This document shows, one piece after another, positions 10,454 through 19,728 of a stretch of DNA of 64,000 nt. Made by a program: the position numbers and the translations under genes. The stretch's first letter is position 1, and each line of letters starts with the position of its first letter. The notes under the pieces are model-generated. The model was not told the DNA's origin. It worked only from the letters and a program-made list of their open reading frames with translations, and did not search any database. Origin of the DNA: a bacterium (lineage in GTDB: Bacteria; Patescibacteriota; Patescibacteriia; JACPHY01); the NCBI GenBank assembly GCA_030647005.1, contig JAUSKG010000022.1, positions 18,196-82,195 on the forward strand, read 5' to 3'.

Positions 10454-10908
10454 ACCGGTAGAGAGACATCTACGTCCTGGAATGCGACCCGTACCATGTG
10501 CATATGCGCCGCGCCCTGCTCCGGTGTCAGCTCGTGCACCGCATCGAGCACCGGCGCGCGCGGCCAGCCCGGATCCGTGAACGTCATCCCACCAAACTCC
10601 CTTGCCTCGCAATACCGTGGAAGAATCGCCGCGTGCGCCTCGGGCGTTGCCATCATGAGGAACAGGAGGTTTATGCGGTCGGGTGCAAACACCCGCGCGA
10701 GCGCATGCTCGACATCGCGCATGACCTGCGCGAATTCCGTCCATGCTTCCGACGTGATTCCACCAAGCGTCGTCGCGTCATCACGATACACCACAAGGAG
10801 CGCGCCGAGGGTGAGCGGCTTCCGTTGCACAAGAACGATCCAATGCATGTACTCGCGGACGAGTGTGTCCGGGTAACCAAATTTTTCCAGAACTGCAGAT
10901 GGGACCAT
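10450..10908 (-). CDS. HIT-like domain protein (degenerate histidine triad)
   Basis: The hydrophobic pattern matches the HIT fold, but the triad position reads EAHAAILPRY in place of HxHxH. Confidence 0.4.
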   Translation of the reverse strand: MVPSAVLEKFGYPDTLVREYMHWIVLVQRKPLTLGALLVVYRDDATTLGGITSEAWTEFAQVMRDVEHALARVFAPDRINLLFLMMATPEAHAAILPRYCEAREFGGMTFTDPGWPRAPVLDAVHELTPEQGAAHMHMVRVAFQDVDVSLPV

Positions 10909-10914
10909 AACGTT

Positions 10915-11898
10915 TTAGGGCGATGTACCGCGCATCAGTGGAGGAGCAGCCACCGTCGCACGCGACTGATACCACGCGTGTACTGCTTCTCGTACGGTCG
11001 CAAGCCGATCATACCGCTGCACCGCATCACGCAACGGCGTGCCGTCGTCCGCGAATGTCGCCTGGACAATCCAAAGCGCGCGATCCGCAGCGCATATGAG
11101 CATGCCGCGCTCGGTGATACGGTAGATGCGGCCTGGCTCGCCGTACATCGGAAGCGTTGCGAGTTCCGATCGGAGCAGTTGCACCTTCCGCCCGTCCGCG
11201 TAGGTAAACGCACATGGGTATGGCGCAGTGAGCGCGCGGATGCGGTTATGCGCCTCCTGTGCGGTGAGCTGATCCCAGAGGATAAGGCCGTCATCGGGAA
11301 ACCGAAGCGGGAGATACGCAGCGCGTGCCACATCCTGTACACGCAATGCAGCAGTCCCGTGTGCGAGCTGCTCCACCGCCGCCATGAGCATGACGGGAAA
11401 CTCACGTTCTGCAATCGTATGCAGGTCCACAATCGTATCATGCGCACCAATAGGAAACGTACGATCGAGAATGACATCGCCAGCATCCACGCCGCTCGCC
11501 ACTTTGATCACCGATAGCGTGAACGATGTTTCGCCGCGAATGAGCGCCCAGTTCATGGGGGAAGAGCCGCGATACTCGGGCAGCTTCCCGCCGTGCAGAT
11601 TGATCGTCATCACGAACGGAATATCAATGATGCGCTGCGCAATAATCTTCCCGTACCCGCCAAGCACGAAGAGATCTGCCCGGTACGCGCGGAGCTGCAA
11701 TGCCACAGCATCCGCGTTCGGATTCTCCGGAGCAATCACGGGAATACCGAATGCTGCTGCGACCGACCGAACGGACGTTGGGGAGTGTCCGGCATCATCC
11801 GGATGCACAACGACGCATGCAATTTCGTCTCCATGCTGTTGGAGCGCCCGCAGACACGCGACCCCGCGCGCGCCCTTCCCCCAAAAAACGATTCGCAT
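10915..11898 (-). CDS. formyltransferase (Fmt/PurN fold) 1, putative sugar N-formyltransferase
   Basis: MRIVFWGKG...; NLHGGKLPEYRGSSPMNWAL = N-x-H-x-x-LP-x-x-RG formyltransferase motif. Confidence 0.75.
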   Translation of the reverse strand: MRIVFWGKGARGVACLRALQQHGDEIACVVVHPDDAGHSPTSVRSVAAAFGIPVIAPENPNADAVALQLRAYRADLFVLGGYGKIIAQRIIDIPFVMTINLHGGKLPEYRGSSPMNWALIRGETSFTLSVIKVASGVDAGDVILDRTFPIGAHDTIVDLHTIAEREFPVMLMAAVEQLAHGTAALRVQDVARAAYLPLRFPDDGLILWDQLTAQEAHNRIRALTAPYPCAFTYADGRKVQLLRSELATLPMYGEPGRIYRITERGMLICAADRALWIVQATFADDGTPLRDAVQRYDRLATVREAVHAWYQSRATVAAPPLMRGTSP

Positions 11899-11911
11899 AC
11901 GCGCGTCCTCG

Positions 11912-12973
11912 TCACGCGGGCACCGCCGTCCTTGTGCGGGGCATCGCCACCGCCGCTGGCACGGCGAACGCAGGATGAAATCCCTTGTACCAACCAATGT
12001 ACCGCTCGTATCCACGCTCAAGCGGATGCTGCGGTGTGTACCCAATCATGCGACGCGCCTTCGCGACATCGAGCGTTCCGCGGTCTGGCATCAATGCGTC
12101 TTTCGGCTCGTAACGGACGGTAATACCGGGGAATTCCTTACGCACGACATCCGCAAGCTCTGCGATGGAACGGCCGGTGCCGTAGGTGAGATTGAACGTC
12201 TCGTTCTTTGCCTCTGGACGCGCAAGGACACACATGATGCCGTGCACGAGATCGTGTACACAGGTGAAATCGAGCCGATCCGTCCCGTCCCCTTGCACCA
12301 CAATGTCCTGCCCTGCGATCGCATTCTCGATGAAAATCTGCCCCACGCGGCGCGAGACGCACCGCTCGCCGTAGAGCGCAGACGGACGGACGATCGTATA
12401 CGGCAATCCAAACACCTGATGATAGGACTTCACGATAAGCTCTCCGGCGAGCTTCAGCGCGCCGTAAATACCCATGGGATGACACGGCGTATCTTCGGAC
12501 GCAAATCCATCCGGGAAATTTCCGTACACCATGGACGACGAGAAGTACACGAAGTGCTGCACATTCCCACGCGAGTAGTCGAGCGCATTCTCGAGCGTGC
12601 GGAGCGAGTGGTCAAACGTGCTATGCGGGTCCTTGTTCGAACGATTCGCGTGCGCGACCGCCGCGAGCTGGACAATGGCATCCGGTTGGATGCGCTTGAG
12701 CACTGCGGTGAGCGGATGATAATCGCGCGCATCCTGCACATAGAGCGGCACACCCGCGGCCTCGAGCAGCGCAAGTCGCTCGTGCAGGATACGCGTGTAC
12801 AACGCGCGGTGCTGCGTCACGCCTTCGCCGACAAATGCGAGGAGATTGTTGATTTGCAAACTATCCACGATCGCAACTTCCGCCCCCTCCGCGCGCAATC
12901 CGAGCGCGAGGTTATGGCCGATGAACCCTGCGCCGCCAATCAACGCAATGCGCCGTCCGCTCAAGAGTGCCAT
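11912..12973 (-). CDS. NAD-dependent sugar epimerase/dehydratase (extended SDR)
   Basis: IALIGGAGFIGHNL Rossmann; YGALK catalytic YxxxK. Confidence 0.8.
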   Translation of the reverse strand: MALLSGRRIALIGGAGFIGHNLALGLRAEGAEVAIVDSLQINNLLAFVGEGVTQHRALYTRILHERLALLEAAGVPLYVQDARDYHPLTAVLKRIQPDAIVQLAAVAHANRSNKDPHSTFDHSLRTLENALDYSRGNVQHFVYFSSSMVYGNFPDGFASEDTPCHPMGIYGALKLAGELIVKSYHQVFGLPYTIVRPSALYGERCVSRRVGQIFIENAIAGQDIVVQGDGTDRLDFTCVHDLVHGIMCVLARPEAKNETFNLTYGTGRSIAELADVVRKEFPGITVRYEPKDALMPDRGTLDVAKARRMIGYTPQHPLERGYERYIGWYKGFHPAFAVPAAVAMPRTRTAVPA

Positions 12974-12986
12974 ACGAACACAAGGT

Positions 12987-14177
12987 TTATGAAACAGCTA
13001 CCCGAAGAGGTTGCTGCACGACAACCGCCGCAATTGCTTCTGTCACCATCGCCGCAATGTACGCCATGTCATCTGTCGTGAGGTGCGGACCGACGGGGAG
13101 TGCGATGCCGTGATTGCTGATGCGCGCCGCGTGCGGGAATGTGTCGAGACCGTACCCGTACTTCGTGCGGAAGTAGGTGAGGTGCGGAACCGGGTGTGGA
13201 TAGTAGATGCTCGTGCCGACGCCGCGCGCCTTGAGCGCTGCCACAATCTCAAAGCGCCTCGGCGCGAGTGCATCCGAGAGCATCACGAGGCCGCAGTAGC
13301 GACTACTGACACCGTCGCCGTCACTCGTTGCGAGGAGCGCGATGCCGGGAATACGCGCGAGCGCGACGCGGAGCGCGTCGTCATTGCGCACACGCGCAGC
13401 AAGGAATCCGGGGACGCGCGTGAGCTGCACGGTGCCGATTGCCGCCTCGATCTCGTTCATCCGGTAATTGTACCCGAGCATCGTCACATCATAGATGCCG
13501 GGGATTGCCCGCTCGGTGACGGTCTTGTCCAGACCAAACGCACGCTGGCGACGCATATGCGCCGCGAGCGCGTCGTCGTTTGTCGTCACCATGCCGCCCT
13601 CGGCGGTCGTCATGTGCTTCACGGGATAGAACGAAAAGCAGCCAACGTCCCCAAACGTCCCCGCGTGCGCACCGCGGAACCACGTGCCGATCGCGAGCGC
13701 GCAATCCTCCACGACGAAAAGGCGGTGCCGATCCGCGATGGCGCGGACGCGATCCATGTCCACCGGCATGCCGAGGTAGTGGACGAGCGAGAGCGCGCGC
13801 GTTCGGGACGTAATCGCCACCTCCACCGCATCGAGATCTATGTTCCCCGTGCGCGGCTCTGCATCCACAAACACTGGTGTCGCGCCGACGTACTCCACGG
13901 CGAACGCGGTTGCCACATGCGTCTGTGCCGGCACGATCACCTCGTCGCCACGACCGATTCCAGCCGCAAGATACGCGAGGTGCAGACCTGTGGTGCAAGA
14001 GCTCACGGCGATCGCGTGCTTCACGCCGACAAATTCTGCAAAGCGATGCTCGAACTCCTCCACGCGCGGACCATGGACGAACGTCGAACCTGCGAGGACG
14101 TCCGCAACCGCCGCACGCTCTTCCGCACCGAGCAACGGTTTCCCAAAGGGAATAATCCGCGGAGCAGTGATTTGCAT
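12987..14177 (-). CDS. DegT/DnrJ/EryC1/StrS-family sugar aminotransferase
   Basis: HAIAVSSCTTGLHLA...GDEVIVPAQTHVATA...FSFYPVKHM. Start at MQITAPR. Confidence 0.8.
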   Translation of the reverse strand: MQITAPRIIPFGKPLLGAEERAAVADVLAGSTFVHGPRVEEFEHRFAEFVGVKHAIAVSSCTTGLHLAYLAAGIGRGDEVIVPAQTHVATAFAVEYVGATPVFVDAEPRTGNIDLDAVEVAITSRTRALSLVHYLGMPVDMDRVRAIADRHRLFVVEDCALAIGTWFRGAHAGTFGDVGCFSFYPVKHMTTAEGGMVTTNDDALAAHMRRQRAFGLDKTVTERAIPGIYDVTMLGYNYRMNEIEAAIGTVQLTRVPGFLAARVRNDDALRVALARIPGIALLATSDGDGVSSRYCGLVMLSDALAPRRFEIVAALKARGVGTSIYYPHPVPHLTYFRTKYGYGLDTFPHAARISNHGIALPVGPHLTTDDMAYIAAMVTEAIAAVVVQQPLRVAVS

Positions 14178-14263
14178 AGTGGCGTAGGTACTTGTCCGCA
14201 CCTGGCGCGGGAGCACCAGAGGATCAAAAGAGTGCGCATCATGCGCACTCTCATACAACGCAT

Positions 14264-15328
14264 CTATCGTACCGTAGTTGTGTGCGCGCGGGAAACGATC
14301 CCCATCTCCCGCTCTATCTCCACAACATCCACAGGTTCTCCACAGTCGGCGGACCGTTCGATTGCGAAGCAGGCCGCCATGGTCAGAAACGCATCATCTC
14401 CCGTAATGAGCGGATCACGTCCGTCGAGCACGGCGGTGATGAAGTCCGTCAAAAGATCGTACTTCGCGCACCCGGGATACGGCTGCTCCACCGCTGTCGG
14501 CGGCACCACGGGATCGCGGGAAGTGTAGTACCGCCCGTGCGGGAGATCGTTCACGAATGTCGCCCGTGTTCCATAGAGCGCAACCGGGTGGAAATGTGGC
14601 GCGACGCACCCAAAGTGCACGCCGACGGTCCCGATGATACCACTCGCAAACGTGAGTGTCGCGGTGATGGAGTCGCGGAAATGATACGGTGTGCCACGCG
14701 AGGCGATCTGGTTCCCGACCGCGAACACGCGCGTGATGTCATCACCCGTGAACCACCGCAAGAGATCAACCACATGGATCCCGCCACCATACACGACGGA
14801 GTAGAACGGGAGCCGCCCACGCCACCCATCGGTGATCTTCTGCAAGCGTCCGTACTGATAGCTCGCTTCCACCGCGAAAAGCTGACCGAACGCGCCCGCA
14901 TCGCACTGCTCCTTCACCCACCGGAACCGCTGCGAGGTGCGCAGGATGGTATTCGTGGAGAGCCGAAGGCCGGGATGTGCCGCGAGTGCGGCGCGAATAC
15001 GACATGCTTCCTCCACCGAATAGCACAGCGGCTTCTCCGCGAACACGTGCTTCCCGTGCGCAAGCGCAGTCAGGATCTGCGCCCCGTGCGCATCGTCGTA
15101 CGTTGCGATGACCACGCAGTCCACGTCTGGATCTGTGAGTACCGCATCGGCATCGCCGATGCGGCGTACGCCCGGAAATCGCGCGCCCACCTCCGCGAGC
15201 TTCGCTGGATCCCGATCGCAGAGCACCGCGAGTGTCGCACGCGGGTGCTGCAGGACGCCGATCGCGTGCTGCTCCCCGACGCCGAGTCCAATAACACCAA
15301 CACGAAACGATTCCATACACTCCTCCAT
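14264..15328 (-). CDS. Gfo/Idh/MocA-family oxidoreductase 2
   Basis: FRVGVIGLGVGEQH Rossmann; FAEKPL motif. Start at MEEC/MESF, preceded by GGAGGAG. Confidence 0.75.
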   Translation of the reverse strand: MEECMESFRVGVIGLGVGEQHAIGVLQHPRATLAVLCDRDPAKLAEVGARFPGVRRIGDADAVLTDPDVDCVVIATYDDAHGAQILTALAHGKHVFAEKPLCYSVEEACRIRAALAAHPGLRLSTNTILRTSQRFRWVKEQCDAGAFGQLFAVEASYQYGRLQKITDGWRGRLPFYSVVYGGGIHVVDLLRWFTGDDITRVFAVGNQIASRGTPYHFRDSITATLTFASGIIGTVGVHFGCVAPHFHPVALYGTRATFVNDLPHGRYYTSRDPVVPPTAVEQPYPGCAKYDLLTDFITAVLDGRDPLITGDDAFLTMAACFAIERSADCGEPVDVVEIEREMGIVSRAHTTTVR

Positions 15329-15330
15329 GT

Positions 15331-16038
15331 TCAATGAACGCTGTGGGTGCCCCCACGCTCGCCTTCGGGCACCATCGCAAGGATTTCCTCGTAATGGTAT
15401 GCGGTGTGCGAACGCTCCATCTGCTGCACGATCCGCACGAAGCGCTCCCAATCCTCCACCGTATCCACCGCGAGCTGCGCAGTACTGTTATCGTGCGACG
15501 CGCTGAAGTTCTTGATGCGGAACTCCTCTGGGTGCTGATAATAGTACCGCGTAACATGCTCGCGATCCAACGGATCCGTCATGCGCACATGCGCGCGTCG
15601 GAATGGCTCCGTGCGCACAACCTCCACGGAAACGCCCACGGGAAAACTCCGCGGAAACGTGTTCGTGACAAGATCATACTCGCTACCGCGAAACAATGCC
15701 ACCGCAGTCGAAATGACCGCAGGATCAGTGAGCGGGCTATCCCCGCACACGCGCACGAATGCGTCGAATTCGTGCGCGTCCGCAGCGGCAAAAAATCGCC
15801 CAGCGACGTCCACAAGTGAACCACGGAAGCACGGAATGCTCTTGTCCGCACAGAACGCAGCGATGGGATCATCGCTCGTTTCGTCCGACGTTGCCACGAT
15901 CACACCATCCACGCCGTGCGCAAGTGCAACACGCTCAAGTGTGTACAGAAGCATGGGCTTCCCCCCAAGGTCACGGAGCACCTTCCCCGGCAACCGTTGC
16001 GAGCTCATCCGTGCTTGAACGATGATGCCGATCGTCAT
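15331..16038 (-). CDS. CMP-sugar cytidylyltransferase (NeuA/PseF-like) 2
   Basis: MTIGIIVQARMSSQRLPGKVL motif. ATGA overlap with the upstream methyltransferase. Confidence 0.7.
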   Translation of the reverse strand: MTIGIIVQARMSSQRLPGKVLRDLGGKPMLLYTLERVALAHGVDGVIVATSDETSDDPIAAFCADKSIPCFRGSLVDVAGRFFAAADAHEFDAFVRVCGDSPLTDPAVISTAVALFRGSEYDLVTNTFPRSFPVGVSVEVVRTEPFRRAHVRMTDPLDREHVTRYYYQHPEEFRIKNFSASHDNSTAQLAVDTVEDWERFVRIVQQMERSHTAYHYEEILAMVPEGERGGTHSVH

Positions 16039-16943
16039 ACGTATGTTTGTGGTGCGGCTGGTACCGCAACCCCTTCGGGATAATATGCAACCGTTTCTGC
16101 ATGCCACCGCTCGAAAAAATTCTGCACCGCACGGTAATCGTCGCCAGTCCAAGGGATGGTTTCGTCGACATCGCGCCGCTCCGCGATCATACACAGAACG
16201 TCATGATCAATGTAGCGATTCGTCTGTCGCACCGCGAAGTGCGCAGTAGCGAGCTGTGCCGTGAGCGTCTGGGCGCTCCACCGGAACGCGTGACTATCCG
16301 CAGCACGACCCCCGAGGTAGTAGTGGAGCGGCTTCTTGAATGGGACGAAAATGCGACTGCCCGTTGCCACCACCACCTGCCCACCGGGCCGCAACATCCG
16401 GTGTGCTGCCGCGAGCATCGCGCGCGGCGACTGACAATTCTCCATGGTCCACGCGATGACCGCGATATCATACTGCCCTGCGGATGTTCCGCTTGCCGCA
16501 TACTCCTCAATGGTGCCACGGAAATTGGGAATACCAAGGGCTGTCATGCGCGCACAGTTCGCGCGCGACGGCTCAATACCAAACACGGCGGCTCCGTACT
16601 CCGACTGCCGGAGCATCTCGAGGAATACCCCCTCCCCTGCACCGATGTCGCACACACGCTTCCCCTGCAGCCCCCCGAGCTGCTCCGCCATGAACGCCGC
16701 GACGAACGTGAGCCGCGCCCGCACTGCCGGTAGGAGCGCGGTGTACCCGTTCCCATAAATCTGCTCTGACCACTCATCCGCAATCGCGCCCGCGGAGCGG
16801 CGTTGCTTCACATACACAAACCCGCACTGTATGCAGATATGAATCGGCTGCCCGCCCGTGTATTCGCGCGCATGCGGAACCTCCACGGCATCCGTGGTAC
16901 CACAAATGTCACAGGGAAAATCCATTGGGTCAGATTGGGACAT
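16035..16943 (-). CDS. class I SAM-dependent methyltransferase with N-terminal Zn-ribbon
   Basis: CDICG...CIQCG Cys pairs; VCDIGAGEG SAM motif I. Confidence 0.7.
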   Translation of the reverse strand: MSQSDPMDFPCDICGTTDAVEVPHAREYTGGQPIHICIQCGFVYVKQRRSAGAIADEWSEQIYGNGYTALLPAVRARLTFVAAFMAEQLGGLQGKRVCDIGAGEGVFLEMLRQSEYGAAVFGIEPSRANCARMTALGIPNFRGTIEEYAASGTSAGQYDIAVIAWTMENCQSPRAMLAAAHRMLRPGGQVVVATGSRIFVPFKKPLHYYLGGRAADSHAFRWSAQTLTAQLATAHFAVRQTNRYIDHDVLCMIAERRDVDETIPWTGDDYRAVQNFFERWHAETVAYYPEGVAVPAAPQTYV

Positions 16944-16951
16944 ACATTTGT

Positions 16952-16990
16952 GTCATTGCGAGGGAGTCCGCGACCAAAGCAATCCCGACC
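16952..16990. repeat. half-copy of GTCATTGCGAGG…GCAATCCCG palindromic repeat family (intergenic)
   Basis: gtcattgcgagggagtccgcgaccaaagcaatcccgacc. It shares about 30 of 35 nt with the copies inside leuS. Confidence 0.6.
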
Positions 16991-17082
16991 ACGACCAGAT
17001 GCAGGAGCTACGGCCGTTCCCCACCAATGATATCCAGCATTGCTTCGACGCGCGCAGCCGTGCTCCTCGCAATGACATCGAA

Positions 17083-18252
17083 TTACACTGGCGGAAACCG
17101 CAGCTGCCATTCCCCTCCCTCCTGCTTCCAAATCTCGGCATTTCGGTGCCGGTCAATGAGCGCGGTGAACTCCTGATCCGTGAGGTGGAGGTACGCGAGC
17201 ATGTCCTGGTAGTACCGCGCAGGAAACTCATGATCGTATGCGCGTGCGTGCGCGAGTCCCCGCTCCCGCGTGAGTTGCTTGTTCTGGATCATGCGACTCG
17301 CATCGCGTATCGCGCGGCCAAAACCAAACTTCACGTACTGCAGGTAGTAGTAGAGGTTGTCCGATTTGTCATCCAACGAATCAAAGTCCGTGAATGTTCC
17401 CTCCGTGCGCCCCTCGGCACACGTCTGAAAATCAATCTTATCCTTGATGTATTCGTAATTCTCAAAGCTGCTCCACTTGAAGAAATACGCGAAGTAGTAT
17501 GCGCGCACGCCGACGCGCTGGATGTCCTGGATGGCAGGATACCGATACGGGTTGAGGTCACGCTCCGTCACCACGTCATCCACCCAGTTGCGCGGATCGT
17601 CACCAATTTGATGCTCGATAACCTCGGTAAAATCCCGCACTTTCGCAGAATCCTCACGAAGCACCTTGCCGCCGTACTCGCTCTCGCCGTGCTCGGCGTA
17701 CAAAACGAGCGGGATGCCGTACCGCACCGCGGCCTGTACTGGCGTTGCGTTGATACCCGCATCCCACGCAATCTTATGATTGCCGCGCTCCAGAAAGAAT
17801 CGCCGCGCGAGATGCCGGTGGATACGCTGATCTGGACGAAGGAGATGATGATCAAACCCCGCCTGAATCATCGCCTCGTAGTTGTGCAGACCGACAGCCG
17901 TCGGAAGTTGTGGCGAGAACGTGACGAGGAGCGGATTCATCCCAAACTCATGCTTGAGCTTGTACGCGATGGCACTGCTGTCCTTCCCACCGCTCCACGG
18001 CACGATGCAATCCCACGATCCATCGTCCGCACGGTACTGATCGAGCAACGCGAGAAACTCCGCACGCCGCGCCGCCCAATCAATGCCATCCCACTTCCGC
18101 TCCGCATACCGACATGCATTGCACACGCCCTCTGCATCAAAAACGATGCGCGGACGCGAGTTGGGCATGACGCAACGCGTACAGTACTGAATCGTGCGGC
18201 CCCCATGTGCTGCGATGTCTTGCCGCGTGTGCGATGTGATCGTCATGTCCAT
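17083..18252 (-). CDS. N-acetyl sugar amidotransferase (WbuX/PseA-like PP-loop ATPase)
   Basis: YCTRCVMPNSRP...CNAC Zn-ribbon followed by SGGKDS PP-loop. Start trimmed to MDMTITSH. Confidence 0.8.
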   Translation of the reverse strand: MDMTITSHTRQDIAAHGGRTIQYCTRCVMPNSRPRIVFDAEGVCNACRYAERKWDGIDWAARRAEFLALLDQYRADDGSWDCIVPWSGGKDSSAIAYKLKHEFGMNPLLVTFSPQLPTAVGLHNYEAMIQAGFDHHLLRPDQRIHRHLARRFFLERGNHKIAWDAGINATPVQAAVRYGIPLVLYAEHGESEYGGKVLREDSAKVRDFTEVIEHQIGDDPRNWVDDVVTERDLNPYRYPAIQDIQRVGVRAYYFAYFFKWSSFENYEYIKDKIDFQTCAEGRTEGTFTDFDSLDDKSDNLYYYLQYVKFGFGRAIRDASRMIQNKQLTRERGLAHARAYDHEFPARYYQDMLAYLHLTDQEFTALIDRHRNAEIWKQEGGEWQLRFPPV

Positions 18253-18256
18253 ACAG

Positions 18257-19003
18257 TTACACGCGCACCGAAATCCCCGCCTTCGCAAGGTACGCCTTCG
18301 CGCTATGGATACTCGGCTCCGTGAAGTGATAAATATTCGCAGTGCACACCGCGGACGCATGGCCGTCGCGAAATCCGTCCACAAAATCCTGCCACTTGCC
18401 CGCGCCACCGCACACGAGTACCGGAACGTCCACGGCATCGGCGACGAGCTGGTTCAACGTATTGTCGTAGCCCTCCAATGACCCGTCCTTCTCCATGGAG
18501 GTGATCATGACCTCCCCCGCTCCGCGCGCTTGCGCTTCTCGCGCCCACGCCGCTGGATTGAGCCCTGTCGGTTGCGTCCCACACTCGGTATACACCTCGT
18601 AGGTCCCCTGCGCATTCCGCCTCGCATCCAAAGAAACAACGACGCACTGCGCTCCGTATGCCTGTGCGATCTCCGTGATAAACCCAGGCCGTTGCACTGC
18701 CACCGAATTCACCACCACCTTGTCGGCACCGCTCCGCAGGAGCTGCTGCACATCCTCCATCGTACGCACTCCGCCGCCCGCTGCCAATGGCACGAAACAG
18801 CGCTCCGAGAATTGCTCCACCACTGCAAGAAAATGCTCACGCACACCCAACCCGGGACGGGTGATATCGAGGAGCACCACTTCATCTACAGACCATGCGT
18901 CCACAAAACTCGCCGTGTAGCGGTAGTCCGGTTGAAACTCCTTCGTCCGAAACAGCACGCCGTCATTGAACGTAAGGACGGTGACAACACGATTACGCAA
19001 CAT
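18257..19003 (-). CDS. imidazole glycerol phosphate synthase cyclase-subunit homolog (HisF/WbuZ-like)
   Basis: Full-length HisF-like (beta/alpha)8 signature (…VPLAAGGGVRT…VVNS…). Confidence 0.85.
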   Translation of the reverse strand: MLRNRVVTVLTFNDGVLFRTKEFQPDYRYTASFVDAWSVDEVVLLDITRPGLGVREHFLAVVEQFSERCFVPLAAGGGVRTMEDVQQLLRSGADKVVVNSVAVQRPGFITEIAQAYGAQCVVVSLDARRNAQGTYEVYTECGTQPTGLNPAAWAREAQARGAGEVMITSMEKDGSLEGYDNTLNQLVADAVDVPVLVCGGAGKWQDFVDGFRDGHASAVCTANIYHFTEPSIHSAKAYLAKAGISVRV

Positions 19004-19625
19004 ACGAGCGCGCAGGCATTTGCAACAAAAAATTCTTCAGGAACTGCAATCCATGCTGCTGACTCTTCTCCGGATGAAACTGTGTTGCGACAATGTTTTT
19101 TTGCTGGAACGCGGCCGTGAAACGCGACCCGTACTCGCATTCCCCCACAACGATTGTGGAATCATCGCATCGAATGTGAAAACTATGGACATAATAAAAC
19201 AGCGCGTCGGTAGGAATGCCATCAAACAGCGGGGACTGTTGCGTGCGGATGCAATCGTTCCATCCGACATGCGGCACGCGCAGCCCATCCGGCGGCGCAA
19301 GGCGTACTACATCCGCAGCGATCCATCCCAGTCCTTCATGGTGACCAAATTCCTCACTCGATCGCGCGAAAAGCTGCGCGCCGAGGCAGACGCCAAGGAT
19401 GGGTTTCTGCTGGTGCAAGATGAGATCGGTGAGCGGCTCCACGAGATTACGCGTGCGGAGATTCGCCATGCCATCGCCAAACGCGCCCACGCCCGGCAGG
19501 ATGAGCGCCTCGGCGCGCTGCAGCTCTGCGGGGTCCGCCGTAACGATTGGCACGAACCCTACCCGCGCAACCGCCGCCGCGACCGAACGGATATTCCCGA
19601 GACCGTAGTCAATGATGGCAACCAT
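18993..19625 (-). CDS. glutamine amidotransferase HisH/WbuY-like
   Basis: MVAIIDYGLGNIRSV...GVCLGAQL (catalytic Cys)...FHPEKS. Confidence 0.85.
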   Translation of the reverse strand: MVAIIDYGLGNIRSVAAAVARVGFVPIVTADPAELQRAEALILPGVGAFGDGMANLRTRNLVEPLTDLILHQQKPILGVCLGAQLFARSSEEFGHHEGLGWIAADVVRLAPPDGLRVPHVGWNDCIRTQQSPLFDGIPTDALFYYVHSFHIRCDDSTIVVGECEYGSRFTAAFQQKNIVATQFHPEKSQQHGLQFLKNFLLQMPARSYVA

Positions 19626-19728
19626 ACGCGCACGACGGACGACACCGTATCTTGGACCAGCGTACCGCACGAGCGCGCGCCCGCAAGAGAAACGGACGGC
19701 CCATGAGGAGCCGTCCGTTCAGACACCG

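Noticed and set aside
9410-10744. 97-aa N-terminal extension on NeuB1, and similar extensions on the ORFs at 10915–12045, 12987–14258, 14264–15451, 15331–16194, 24036–24950, 24755–26020, 29960–31114, 43546–44808 and 61671–63374
   Set aside because: The extensions overlap the 3' ends of upstream genes and lack conservation. Homology-based N-termini coincide with 4-nt ATGA couplings to the upstream stops.
10498-11517. Long plus-strand ORFs antisense to the NeuB/formyltransferase genes, and similar ones at 13011–14528, 16858–18324, 20652–21974, 22343–23344, 24725–25939, 31739–32875, 53313–55541
   Set aside because: All are antisense to minus-strand genes with clear family signatures. They are Arg/His/Pro-rich with no motifs. 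They are expected stop-poor antisense frames in ~65% GC DNA.
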